Shown one piece after another: positions 49,170 to 59,198 of a DNA stretch of 64,000 nt (position 1 is its first letter; each line of letters opens with the position of its first letter). The notes beneath the pieces are model-generated. The model saw nothing but the letters and a program-made list of their open reading frames with translations, was not told where the DNA came from and searched no databases. Source of the DNA: an uncultured Candidatus Rokubacteria bacterium (GTDB lineage: Bacteria > Methylomirabilota > Methylomirabilia > Rokubacteriales > DASRDR01); assembly GCA_963805625.1 (NCBI GenBank), contig CAWDVE010000010.1, forward strand, positions 1,760,001 to 1,824,000, in the 5' to 3' direction. A program made the position numbers and the translations under genes.

Positions 49170-50834
49170 GTGGCGCAACCGCTAGGCCGCTCGACCGGCC
49201 CCGCCAGCGTCTGGGCCGGCGGTCCAGCGTGGCTCGTCCCGGGCGCTCTCTGCGCGCTCGGCGCGGCCTTGCGGCTCTGGCAGTACGGGGCCGGCGCTTC
49301 ACTGTGGGCCGACGAGGCGAACCTCGCCCTCAACGTCGTCGAGCACCCGCTGGGGCGTCTCCTGGGTCCGCTCGACTACCGCCAGGTCGCGCCGCCAGGC
49401 TGGCTCCTCCTCGAGAAGTTGGCCGTCCTGATCTTCGGCGAGGGCGAGTATGCGCTCCGCCTGATCCCGCTCCTCGGGAGCCTCGCGGCGTTGCCGCTCG
49501 GCTGGTGCGTCGCACGGCGAGCGCTTCCTCGCGGTCCCGGCCCGCCTTTCGCCCTCGGGCTCCTGGCGACGGGGGTCCCCTTCATCTTCTACGCAGCCCA
49601 GGCGAAGCCCTACTCGACGGACGTGGCGGTCGCGCTCCTGCTGGTCGCCCTGGGCCTGGCGGTGCAACAGCACGGCGCGGGCCAAGGACGGGCGCTCCGC
49701 CTGGGCCTCGCCGGGGCCATCGCGCCGTGGCTGTCGTACCCGGCGATGCTCGTTGCCGCCGGATTGCTGGCGGCACTGGCAGCGGCAGCGCTCCTGGACC
49801 GCGATCGCGCCCGCCTGCGGCTGCTCGTCCCGCTGGCGCTCGCGTGGGCGGCGAGCGCCGGGGGGGCCGTGCTCTGGGCGCGGGGCACCGTGACGCCGGA
49901 CGACGTGCTCTACATGCGGCGGTTCTGGGCCCGCGACTTCATGCCGTGGCCGCCCCGGGAGCTTTGGGATCTGGGCTGGCCGGTCGTCCGCCTGACCACC
50001 GTCTACGGAGGCGGCGGCCTCCGGTATCCCGCTCCGGGGCTCTTCCTGGTCTTGGCGGCGCTGGGCGCCTGGACGCTCTGGCGACGTGACCGCGATTCCG
50101 CGTGGATCCTTCTCATGCCCATCGCGGCCGCCTTCGGGGCGGCCGCGCTCCACGTCTATCCGTTCGAGCCGCGCGTGGTGCTCTTCCTCTTCCCGGCCTT
50201 CCTCGTGCTCACGGCGGCCGGACCCGAGGCGATCGGAAGGCTCGCCCGCCGGCGGGGCCGGCGCGTCGCGACGCTCGTGGCGGTCGCATGCGCCACGCTC
50301 GCCGTGCTCGGGCTCCTCCGGAATCCCCCGCCCTACGCGCCCGAGCCGCTCAAGCCGGTGCTCCAGGCGATGCGCCAGGCGTGGCAGCCCGACGACCGCG
50401 TCTACGTCTACTACGGCGGGGAGAAGGCATTCCTCTACTACGCGCGGCGATTCGGCTTCGCATCCGGTGATTATGTCCTCGGCCGCTGCGCCCGAGAGGA
50501 CCCGCGCGTCTACCTGCGCGAGCTCGACGCGTTCCGCGGAGCGCCACGGATGTGGCTGGTCGTGACCCACGCCGTCCCCGAGGAGACGACCGCCATCCGG
50601 GGCTACCTCGATCGCATCGGGACCCGGCGGGCCGCGTTCGAGGCTGGGAATGCGCCCGGCTCGCGCCGGAGCGACCGCGCCCGCGTCGACCTCTACGATC
50701 TCTCGGACACGGCGCGTCTGGCGACCGTCACGGCGGAGGGGTTCCCCATGCCGCCCCCGGCCGGAGGCGGCCAGGCGGCCGCTTGGTCCTGCCACCCGGG
50801 GGCGCCGCCCCCCGACGAGGAGGGACCCTCCTGA
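49170..50834 (+). CDS. ArnT/PMT-like (GT-C) membrane glycosyltransferase
   Basis: SLWADE, GEYALR, QAKPYS; many TM segments. Confidence 0.7.
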   Translation: MAQPLGRSTGPASVWAGGPAWLVPGALCALGAALRLWQYGAGASLWADEANLALNVVEHPLGRLLGPLDYRQVAPPGWLLLEKLAVLIFGEGEYALRLIPLLGSLAALPLGWCVARRALPRGPGPPFALGLLATGVPFIFYAAQAKPYSTDVAVALLLVALGLAVQQHGAGQGRALRLGLAGAIAPWLSYPAMLVAAGLLAALAAAALLDRDRARLRLLVPLALAWAASAGGAVLWARGTVTPDDVLYMRRFWARDFMPWPPRELWDLGWPVVRLTTVYGGGGLRYPAPGLFLVLAALGAWTLWRRDRDSAWILLMPIAAAFGAAALHVYPFEPRVVLFLFPAFLVLTAAGPEAIGRLARRRGRRVATLVAVACATLAVLGLLRNPPPYAPEPLKPVLQAMRQAWQPDDRVYVYYGGEKAFLYYARRFGFASGDYVLGRCAREDPRVYLRELDAFRGAPRMWLVVTHAVPEETTAIRGYLDRIGTRRAAFEAGNAPGSRRSDRARVDLYDLSDTARLATVTAEGFPMPPPAGGGQAAAWSCHPGAPPPDEEGPS

Positions 50835-50878
50835 TCCTGGCCTGACTCCGGAGCCTCGGTGCCGCCCGAGGCGTCGCG

Positions 50879-52168
50879 CTACCAGATCCGCATCGAGCTC
50901 CGCACGATCGCGTCGAGGTCCCGCGGACCCACGCTCCGCGGCGTGTTCGCCAGCAAGCGGGGCTGCTGGAGGGTGCCCTCGACCAGCGCGGCCGCGTCCC
51001 CCTCGCCGTAGCCGACGGCCGCGAGCCCGTTGGGGATGCCCACGTCCCGCATGAGCGCAACGAGCGCCCGGGGCAGCGCCTCGGGCCGCGCCGTCTCGTC
51101 GAGCTCCCGCACGGGCACGCCGAGGAGCTCGGCCGCCCGGAGATGCCGCTCGGGCGCAGTCGCGTAGGTGAACCGGAACGCCGCGGGCGCGGTGAGGATC
51201 ACCGACATGCCGTGCGGGACGAGCGCGTGACCCTGCGGATAGCCGGGCGGCCGGAAGTCCCGCACGAGCCCCGCGATCGGGTACGCGATCGCGTGCGGCA
51301 GGTGCACGCCCGCGTTGCCGAACCCGATCCCCGCGTAGTTCGCCGCCAGGGCGAGGTACGTCCGGGCCTCGAGGTCCATCCCGTTCAGCACCGCGCGCCG
51401 GAGATAGCGCCCGACGAGCTCGATGGCCTTCTCGCACCAGACGTCGCTCGCCGGGTTGGCGCCGATGTAGGCCGGCCGGTCCGGCGGATGGTGCTTGGGG
51501 CGCGCGTCGTAGGGCCGCGTCGTGTAGGACTCAATCGCGTGGGTGAGGATGTCGGCGCCCGCCGCCGCGGTCACCTCCGCCGGCGCCGTCAGCGTGCTCA
51601 GCGGATCGACGACGCCGAGCGTCGGGCGCAGGAGCCGGCTCGAGACCCCGGCCTTGACGTGCTGAGCGACCACGTGGGTCACGAGGACGGCCGTGGTCTC
51701 GCTGCCGGTGCCGGCGGTCGTGGGCATGGCGATGAGAGGCTTGAGCGGGCCAGGGACCGGCACGCCCCGGCCGACGGGCTTGTTCACGTAGTCCAGCAGC
51801 GGGGCCGGGTAGCACGTCAGGAGGTTCACGGCCTTACCCGTGTCGATCGCGCTGCCCCCGCCCACCGCGACGAAGCCGTCGACCTCCTTGGTGCGGGCGT
51901 AGTCGGCGGCCTCCTCCATCGAGCGGTCCGTCGGCTCGACGGCGACGCCGTCGAACACGTCCGCCTTGACGCCCTGCTCGTCGAGGAGCGCGCGCACGCG
52001 GTCGGGGAGCCCGAGCGCGGCGAGGCCGGGGTCGGTGACGATCAGAACCTTCCGCAGCCCGAGGCGGCGCGCGTCGAAGCCGATCTCCTCGGTCGCCCCG
52101 ACACCGAACTTGATCGGCGACATCTCCATGACGAACACGGTCTCGGTCGGCAGCGTGACGCCCTTCAT
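50879..52168 (-). CDS. Hydroxyacid-oxoacid transhydrogenase (Fe-ADH family)
   Basis: GGGSAIDTGK, PTTAGTGSETT, HAIESYT, GFGNAGVHLPH. Confidence 0.88.
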   Translation of the reverse strand: MKGVTLPTETVFVMEMSPIKFGVGATEEIGFDARRLGLRKVLIVTDPGLAALGLPDRVRALLDEQGVKADVFDGVAVEPTDRSMEEAADYARTKEVDGFVAVGGGSAIDTGKAVNLLTCYPAPLLDYVNKPVGRGVPVPGPLKPLIAMPTTAGTGSETTAVLVTHVVAQHVKAGVSSRLLRPTLGVVDPLSTLTAPAEVTAAAGADILTHAIESYTTRPYDARPKHHPPDRPAYIGANPASDVWCEKAIELVGRYLRRAVLNGMDLEARTYLALAANYAGIGFGNAGVHLPHAIAYPIAGLVRDFRPPGYPQGHALVPHGMSVILTAPAAFRFTYATAPERHLRAAELLGVPVRELDETARPEALPRALVALMRDVGIPNGLAAVGYGEGDAAALVEGTLQQPRLLANTPRSVGPRDLDAIVRSSMRIW

Positions 52169-52243
52169 GGCGCTCCCTCCGGCGCGGTATGCTTCCGCAG
52201 GCGGATTATAGCGCCGTCGCGGCGGCGGCGCGGGGAGGGCCGG

Positions 52244-53677
52244 ATGGGCATTCGACCGGATTCGCACGAGGCGCTGCTCCAGGTCGCGCGGCAGGGCTTG
52301 CCGAGGCGGGAGGGGCGGCCGAAGCGGGTCGTGATCGTCGGGGCGGGCATGGCGGGGCTCGTCGCCGCCTGGGAGCTCGCGCGGGCGGGCCACGAGCCGA
52401 TCGTGCTGGAGGCGCGGGCGCGGGTGGGCGGGCGCGTGCACACGCTGCGCGAGCCGTTCACCGACGGGCTCTACGCCGAGGCGGGCGCGATGCGGATCCC
52501 CCGGACCCACGACCTCACCCTCGCCTACTGCGAGCGGTTCGGGCTCAGGCTCACGCCGTTCACGATGAACAACCCGCAGGCGTACGCCCACCTGCGCGGC
52601 CGCCGATGGCGGGTCGGCGAGGTCCAAGAGAATCCCGGCTGCCTCCCGTTCACGCTGGCGGACGCCGAGTGCGGGCGCACGGTCGACGCGCTCTGGGCGG
52701 ACGCGATCGCCGGGTTCACGGATCGCGTCGCGCGCGAGGGGGACGCCGCCTGGGTCGCAATCGTGAAAGAGTGGGACCACTGCTCCACCCGCGAGTTCCT
52801 CGAGCTCTGCCACTGGTCCGAGGACGCGATCGAGGCGTTCGGCCTACTCCAGTTCCAGGAGGCCCTCATGAACTCCTCCTTCCTGGAGCTCCTCCGGGAG
52901 GAGGTCACGCGCTGCTATGTCGACCTGGTCGAGATCGAGGGCGGGATGGACCGGCTGCCGGGCGCGTTCGTCCCCGCGCTCCGCCCCCGCATCCGGTTCG
53001 GCGCGAGGATGATCGCCCTCGACCAGGACGAGCGGTCCGCCACCGTACACTATCAGACCGCGGCCGGGCGGTTCCAGGAGACCGGCGACCACGTCCTCGT
53101 CACGGTGCCCTTTTCCGTCCTGCGACACGTCGAGGCCTTGAAGCCCTTCTCACCCGCGAAGCAGCGGGCCATCCGCCAGCTCCACTACGACGCCTCGGCC
53201 AAGATCCTCTTCCAGTGCCGCCGGCGGTTCTGGGAGGAGGACGATGGCATCCGGGGCGGGGGCACGGCGACCGACCTCCCGATCCGCGCCCTCTACTATC
53301 CGGACCACGGTCGCGAGACCGGTCGCGGGGTCCTCCTGGCGAGCTACACGTGGTCGGAGGACGCCCAGCGCTGGGGCTCCCTCACTCCGAGCGACCGGAT
53401 CGCCCAGGCCCTCGAGAACGTCGCGCTCATCCACCCGCAGGTGACGCAGGAGTTCGAGGTGGGCACCTCCTACATGTGGCACCACGACGAGTTCGCGGGA
53501 GGCGCGTTCGCCCTCTTCGACCCGGGCCAGCAGACGCGCCTCTACGAGGCGATCGTCGCGCCCGAGGGGCGGATCCACTTCGCGGGCGAGCACGCCTCGC
53601 TCGCCCACGCCTGGATCCAGGGCGCGATCGAGTCAGGCCTCCGAACCGCCCGCGAGATCGGGACCGGCGCCCTCTAG
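52244..53677 (+). CDS. Flavin monoamine oxidase / L-amino-acid oxidase family
   Basis: GAGMAGL, LEARARVGGR, EAGAMRIP, FAGEH...WIQGA. Confidence 0.9.
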   Translation: MGIRPDSHEALLQVARQGLPRREGRPKRVVIVGAGMAGLVAAWELARAGHEPIVLEARARVGGRVHTLREPFTDGLYAEAGAMRIPRTHDLTLAYCERFGLRLTPFTMNNPQAYAHLRGRRWRVGEVQENPGCLPFTLADAECGRTVDALWADAIAGFTDRVAREGDAAWVAIVKEWDHCSTREFLELCHWSEDAIEAFGLLQFQEALMNSSFLELLREEVTRCYVDLVEIEGGMDRLPGAFVPALRPRIRFGARMIALDQDERSATVHYQTAAGRFQETGDHVLVTVPFSVLRHVEALKPFSPAKQRAIRQLHYDASAKILFQCRRRFWEEDDGIRGGGTATDLPIRALYYPDHGRETGRGVLLASYTWSEDAQRWGSLTPSDRIAQALENVALIHPQVTQEFEVGTSYMWHHDEFAGGAFALFDPGQQTRLYEAIVAPEGRIHFAGEHASLAHAWIQGAIESGLRTAREIGTGAL

Positions 53678-54741
53678 AACCAGCGGCGCTTGTCGACGAC
53701 GGTCGCGAGGGGCTCGCTTCGCGCGAAGCGACCAACGTTGTCCAGCAGCACGGCGAGGTGCCGCTCGGCGATCCGCGGCGACGCGCCGGCGACGTGGGGC
53801 GTCAGGATGACGTTCGGCATCGCCCAGAGCGGATGCTCCGGGGGCAAGGGCTCGGTCTCGTACACGTCGAGGCCGGCGCCGCCGATCTCGGCCGCCCGTA
53901 GCGCAGCAACGAGGTCAGCCAGGTCGACGATCGCCCCGCGCCCGATGTTGATCAGATAGGCGCTCGGCTTCATCTGCCGGAACTGCGCGCGGCGGAAGAG
54001 CTTCACCGTCTCGGGTGTGTGGGGCGCGGCGATCACCACGAAGTCGCTCTCCCCGAGGAGGTCGGGCAGCCGGTCCAGACGCCAGAGGGCCGCCACCCCC
54101 GGGGGTGCCGACGCCTGGATCGGGTCGACGGCCAGGACCCGCATTCCGAAGGCGAGCCCGCGCCGGGCGATCTCCGAGCCGATCTGGCCGAGTCCAACCA
54201 CGCCGAGCGTGGCGTCCGCCAGGTGCAAATGGGAGCGGTCGACGGCGCTGACATGCGCGGGCCCCGTAACGAAGTCCGACGGCTCCGCCTTGCCGAGCTT
54301 GTCCTCCACCTGGCGACGGGCGTTGCGCGCCACGGCCCGGACGGAGCTCTCCGCTTTGCCACCGAAGGGCGCCCAGCGGGCCTCGAGCTGGTTCCGGATG
54401 TAGTGGTGGAAGTTCCGCGCAAAGCAAAGGACGTAGCCGAACACGTGGTCGGCGATCACGTCCGAGTAGAGCCCGCGCATGTTCGTGAGCAGGCACGGGT
54501 GCTCCACGAGCTCCGGGAACATGTAGTGCTCGAGACTCGCCGTGGGCGCCTGCACCCAGCGGAGCTGTCGCGCTGCGGCGAGAAGCCCGGGGGTGAGCTT
54601 GCCAAAGAAGGCGTCGGCATCGACGATCGCCGCGCGTGCCTCGCCCTCGTCCCCGGCGTTGATGACGACCATGGAGCGGGCCGCCTCGACGATCTTGGCG
54701 AGGCGCTCCGGCTCGACGGCAGGATGGATGACGAGCTTCAC
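53674..54741 (-). CDS. D-2-hydroxyacid dehydrogenase
   Basis: GLGQIG, INIGRG, LDVYETEPL, TPHVAG; GTGA overlap with the ATP-grasp gene. Confidence 0.9.
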   Translation of the reverse strand: MKLVIHPAVEPERLAKIVEAARSMVVINAGDEGEARAAIVDADAFFGKLTPGLLAAARQLRWVQAPTASLEHYMFPELVEHPCLLTNMRGLYSDVIADHVFGYVLCFARNFHHYIRNQLEARWAPFGGKAESSVRAVARNARRQVEDKLGKAEPSDFVTGPAHVSAVDRSHLHLADATLGVVGLGQIGSEIARRGLAFGMRVLAVDPIQASAPPGVAALWRLDRLPDLLGESDFVVIAAPHTPETVKLFRRAQFRQMKPSAYLINIGRGAIVDLADLVAALRAAEIGGAGLDVYETEPLPPEHPLWAMPNVILTPHVAGASPRIAERHLAVLLDNVGRFARSEPLATVVDKRRWF

Positions 54742-56060
54742 GCGCAGGGCTCCTTCGTGGACTCCGGGGACTCTTGGGACTCTTGGGACTTTGGGGACGG
54801 GGTAGTGCCGGCCGATGCAGCCGAGCCGGATGTGTCGATGTCGAAGTCGAGCCGCCGGTGGGCCGCCCGGAGAGCTTCCTCGACGGCCTCGGGCGAATCC
54901 GCCCGCGCGAGAAGGAAGCCGAGATAGCGCGACCCCTCGGGGAGCGGGACCAGCTCCTGGCCGACGTGGGCGCTGATCGTCACCTCCTCGATCCCCGGGA
55001 CGGCGAGGGCCGCCTCGCGGCCCCGCACGGCCCGGAGCACCCCGGCGCGGGGGATGGGGATCATCATGACGGCGGCCGGCTGCCGCTCTCGCTCGAGCGA
55101 GTCGAGCTCGATCCCGAGCGCGTGGCGGATGACCAGCTCCTCCAGGGACAGGCCCGCCCCGAAGCGCAGCGTGCGCGAGCAGAGGCCGCCGATCGTGCGG
55201 GCGGCAAGCTCGATCATCCACGGCCCCTCGTCGTTCACGCGGAGCTCGGCGTGGACCGGCCCCTCCGCAAGCCCGAGCGCCCGGGCCGCCCAGCGCGCCT
55301 CGGCCGCGATCGCGAGCTGGACGTCGGGGGACAGGCGCGAGGGCGTCACGTAGATCGTCTCCTCGAAGTACGGCCCATCGAGCGGGTCGGGCTTGTCGAA
55401 GAGCGCCAGGACGTGGAGCTCGCCCCCGACCAGGAGCCCTTCGAGCGCGACCTCGCGGCCGGGAATGAAGTCCTCGACCAGCATCTCCTCCCGCCCCTCG
55501 CCGAGCTCCGCCGAATCCGGCGAGCCGAGGATCGCCGCGATCCGGCGAAAGGCGGCGACGAAGGAGTGCGCGTCATCGGCCCGGATCACTCCGCGGCTGC
55601 CGGCGAGGATCGTCGGCTTGAGAACGCAGGGATACGTCACGCGGTCGGCCGCGGCCTCGGGATCGTCGGAGACGTCGAGCAGCGTGAAGCGCGGCGACCG
55701 AACGCCGGCCCGGGCGAAGGCCTCGCGCATCCGGTGCTTGTTGCGGGTCGTGGAGACGGCCTCGAGGGAGCTCGATCGGAGACCGAGGCGCTCGGCGATG
55801 GCGGCCCCGACGACCGTGGTGCGGTCGTCGACGGGGACCACGGCGTCGACCGGGTGGCGTCGCGCGAACTCCGCCACCGTCCTCGCCGCCTTGATCCTAT
55901 CGCCAAAGTCGAGGGTGAGGAGGTTGTCCGGTAGCGCGGATTCGAGGACGTTCGGCCGCTCCGACGCGACCACGAGCTCGACGTCGAGCTTCGCCGCCGC
56001 GGCGACGAAGTCCTCCGTGCGGTACGTCGTCGTCGGGATCAGGAGAAGCAGGCGCAGCAT
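54738..56060 (-). CDS. ATP-grasp ligase (L-amino-acid-ligase-like)
   Basis: RNKHRMR, YPCVLKP, GSRGV, VEDFIPGRE, HAELR, IELAAR. Confidence 0.88.
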   Translation of the reverse strand: MLRLLLLIPTTTYRTEDFVAAAAKLDVELVVASERPNVLESALPDNLLTLDFGDRIKAARTVAEFARRHPVDAVVPVDDRTTVVGAAIAERLGLRSSSLEAVSTTRNKHRMREAFARAGVRSPRFTLLDVSDDPEAAADRVTYPCVLKPTILAGSRGVIRADDAHSFVAAFRRIAAILGSPDSAELGEGREEMLVEDFIPGREVALEGLLVGGELHVLALFDKPDPLDGPYFEETIYVTPSRLSPDVQLAIAAEARWAARALGLAEGPVHAELRVNDEGPWMIELAARTIGGLCSRTLRFGAGLSLEELVIRHALGIELDSLERERQPAAVMMIPIPRAGVLRAVRGREAALAVPGIEEVTISAHVGQELVPLPEGSRYLGFLLARADSPEAVEEALRAAHRRLDFDIDTSGSAASAGTTPSPKSQESQESPESTKEPCA

Positions 56061-56143
56061 GCGAGCCCTAGGAACAACGCCCGGCCGGGCCGGGAGACCC
56101 GAGTCCGGGCGCGCGCGCCCAGGGGATCAGGCGGTGAGGCGGG

Positions 56144-56431
56144 TCAGGCCTTCGACGGGGCGTAGTAGGGATTCGTGCCCGAGCCGTGATCCGTGGTGTC
56201 CAGGACCTCGGTGACCTCGGGGATCTCCTCGAAGATCATCCGCTCGATGCCAGCCTTCAGCGTCACGTCCGCCGCGCCGCAGCCCTGGCAGCCGCCCGAC
56301 ATCCGGATGTAGACCGTCGACTCCTTGACGTCGATCAGCTCGATGTAACCCCCGTGGCCCGAGACCGCCGGGTTGATGGCGCTGTCAAGCAGCTCCTGCA
56401 CCTTGTCCTTGAGCGCACCCTCTTCCGCCAT
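56144..56431 (-). CDS. NifU/NfuA C-terminal domain Fe-S carrier
   Basis: INPAVSGHGG, GGCQGC, TLKAGIE; GGAGG RBS. Confidence 0.9.
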   Translation of the reverse strand: MAEEGALKDKVQELLDSAINPAVSGHGGYIELIDVKESTVYIRMSGGCQGCGAADVTLKAGIERMIFEEIPEVTEVLDTTDHGSGTNPYYAPSKA

Positions 56432-56524
56432 CCCTGTCCTCCCTCTCGAGCACGACCCCGCCCTCCCGTCACGGCAGGACGGCTCGTGACCCATTCTACC
56501 CCAGGGACGGACTCGCCGCCCTGC

Positions 56525-57976
56525 TCAGAGCGCGCTCCCGACCGGCCGTCCCCGGAGGGCCAACTGGCCCTCGGTGGGCTCCGCTCAGCAGAACCACGGC
56601 TCGGTCAGGCGCGGCGGGCGCGCCCGCTCCGGGAGCACGCGCCCAGCCGGCAGCGTCCGGGGCGGGGCCCCGGCCGTGGCGTCGACACACGCTCGCACCT
56701 GGTCGAACGTGACGGCGTCGTCGGCGTGAGCCTCGGCCGCCGCCTCCACGACCCGGGTGACCTCGGCCTGGAGGGCGTCCATCCGCGGGTCCGGATGGGT
56801 CCAGGTGTAGGAGAACGCTCTCTCGACCAAGGGGCCGAGGTGGGGGCGCATCGCCGGGTGGTCGGTCAGCAGCGAGCCCGGTGGTACCAGGAGCCGGAGC
56901 GAGTACTGGACCGGGTCCACCGCGTCCACCAGGTCCTCGCCGTCCACGAAGTCGACCATCGCCCGGTAGTCGTCGAGCGTCGTCCAGGGGGTGAACGCCA
57001 CCCAGGTGGGCCGGAGCGGGATCCCGACCTGGCGCATCAGCCGGACGAGCTCGACGACGTCGGAGCGCGTGTGGCCCTTGTCGAGGTGCCGGAGCACGGT
57101 GTCGCTGAGTGACTCCACGGCCGAGACCACGAAGGCGCAGCCGAGCGTCCGGAGCTCCGACAGCATCGACCGGTGCCGCAGGAGGTGCTCGACCTTTGCC
57201 GTGAAGTCGAAGCTCACGTGCGGGAATGCCCCGTGGAGGGCCCGAGCCACGGCGAGCGCGTGCCGCGGGCCGTTGAGGAAGTCGGGGTCGCCGATCGTCA
57301 CGTGCGTCGCCCCCGCCTCGACGCACTGGCGAACGTCGGCCAGGACCACGTCCGGCGGGACGACGAAGAAGCGCCCGCCGTACACCGGTGGGATCGGGCA
57401 GTGCCGGCAGAGATGCTTGCAGCCGCGACTCGCCTCCACGTACCCGACCAGTTCAAGCCGCCCGTCGCGCTCGAGCCGCGCGTACTGCTTGAGGGAGGGG
57501 AGCGCCGAGCGACTCGGGACGGGGAAGCTGAGCCGGGCGAGGTGCGGCGTCGCAGGAAGCGCAACTATCCCCACGCCCGGGACGGGCTCGCCGGTGCCGG
57601 CCTCGAGCGTCTCGATGAGCGTCACGAGCGAGGCCTCCGCCTCACCGCCGATCACCGAATCGACGCCGTGGGCCAGCAGGTACTGGGCGTTCAGCTGTGC
57701 GTAGAGGCCGTATGCCACGACGTGACACGAGGGGTTCACGGCGCGCACGCGGCCGATCAGCGCAACGCCGACCCGGAGTGCGGTGTGCATCGGCACGGAG
57801 ACGGCGACGGCCCGCGCGCGCGCCACCTTGTCCGGATCGAAGGGCTCGACCGAGACGTCCATGACGGCTGGCGCGTAGCCGCGCGCCTCGAGGAACGCCG
57901 CCGCCCACGCGACGGCGAGCGGCTGGTGGCCGAGCTCGTAGCACGCGACCAAGAGGACCGCCCCTGGCTCTCGCAT
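56525..57976 (-). CDS. CUAEP-tail radical SAM selenoprotein with an N-terminal B12-binding-like domain
   Basis: CKHLCRHC motif; reading through the TGA at 56585-56587 gives EPWFC-U-AEPTEGQLALRGRPVGSAL*. Confidence 0.85.
56555..56572 (-). promoter_or_regulatory. Bacterial SECIS-like hairpin
   Basis: GAGGGCC-AGUU-GGCCCUC begins 12 nt after the UGA; G-U in the apical loop. Confidence 0.7.
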
Positions 57977-58047
57977 CCTGCTTCTACTCTACCCCCTGCG
58001 GGGCCGGCCCGCCCTTGACGCGCCCCCAAACGCCCGCCTAGCGTCGG

Positions 58048-58464
58048 GTGCGTGCGATCCCGGAACCCGGTCGCGGCGCCGCCCCCCTCACCGTCGTCAT
58101 CCCCATATGTCACGGGTGGCCGGCGATCCGGCCCTTCCTCGACCACCTTCGCGTTCAAGCACTGGCCACGGGCGCAGAGGTCATCGTGGTCGACGGCAGC
58201 ACCGTGCCTGCCCCGCCGGCGGAGGCGCTCTGGCCCGGACTCGTGTGGCTCCGCGAGGCCCGCGCGGGTGTCTTCGCGCTCCGGGCGCTCGCCCGGCGGG
58301 CGGCCGGGGGGGCCATCCTGGCCGTGACGGAGGACCATTGCCTGGTCGCCCCGGACTGGGTGCGCCCGCATCCTCGAGGCGTACGCGAGACATCCGGAGG
58401 CCGTCGCGATCAAGGGCGTCGTGCGGAACCGCAGCCACGGTCGGCTGTGGTACTGCGTTGCTGA
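58048..58464 (+). pseudogene. GT2 glycosyltransferase N-terminal fragment, frameshifted
   Basis: LTVVIP, EVIVVDGS, TEDHC...PDW; continues as RILEAYARHPEAVAIKG in another frame, then ends. Confidence 0.6.
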
Positions 58465-58528
58465 CACGCTAGCGCTGGGCTAGGCTGGGCGCGGGGACGA
58501 CTCGAAGCTCCACACTGAGGGAGGCAGC

Positions 58529-59155
58529 ATGCCCACGGCCAACACGCCCGGTCCGATCCTTCGCGACGAGATGCTCAAGGCTCGGGGTCGCACGGCCTTT
58601 CCCCTCGACCGCGGCCAGACGGTCCGCGTCGTCGACGTAGACGGCCAGCAGGTGGCGGACTTCGTCTGCTTCCGCCGCCCCGATACGAGCGAGAAGCTCT
58701 CGGTCCACAATACGGCCCTCATCCAGGGGACGATTCACATCAGCACCGGGCACCTGCTCCTGTCCGACCGGTGCGGCACCCTCATGACGATCACCGCCGA
58801 CACATGCGGACGTCACGATCTCCTCGCCGGCTCCTGCAGCGAGGGTACCAACCGCTGGCGTTATGGCGTAGCGGACACCCCCAACTGCCGGTCCAACTTC
58901 GAGGCGGCGCTCCGGCCGTTTGGGATCCCCCTGAAGGAGGTCCCCTACAGCTTCAACATCTTCATGAACGTGCCGATCGGTGACGGCAAGATCGGGATCG
59001 AGGAGCCCCTGTCCCGGGCCGGCGACCTCGTCGACCTCCGGGCAGAGTCGGATCTGCTCGTCGCGATCTCGAACTGTCCGCAGGAGCGGAACCCGTGCAA
59101 CGCGTACACGCCGACCCGGTTGCGCGTCGTCGTGTTCGGGCCGCCTCCCGCGTGA
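58529..59155 (+). CDS. DUF1989 urea-carboxylase-associated family protein
   Basis: DVDGQQVADF, HDLLAGSC, NCRSNF, NIFMNV, SNCPQERNPCN. Confidence 0.88.
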   Translation: MPTANTPGPILRDEMLKARGRTAFPLDRGQTVRVVDVDGQQVADFVCFRRPDTSEKLSVHNTALIQGTIHISTGHLLLSDRCGTLMTITADTCGRHDLLAGSCSEGTNRWRYGVADTPNCRSNFEAALRPFGIPLKEVPYSFNIFMNVPIGDGKIGIEEPLSRAGDLVDLRAESDLLVAISNCPQERNPCNAYTPTRLRVVVFGPPPA

Positions 59156-59198
59156 CCCCGGGGAGCGCGGCCAGACGGGCGGCGCCCCGGGGAGTCGC

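Noticed and set aside
56141-56152. Third copy of the GGGGTCAGGCCTT repeat
   Set aside because: Only a 12-bp match at the nifU stop, with no inverted partner.
58455-58510. Guanidine-II (mini-ykkC) riboswitch upstream of the DUF1989 gene
   Set aside because: Only one weak GGGG-ACGA-CTC hairpin is present and no convincing second ACGR hairpin; an Rfam/Infernal scan would settle it.
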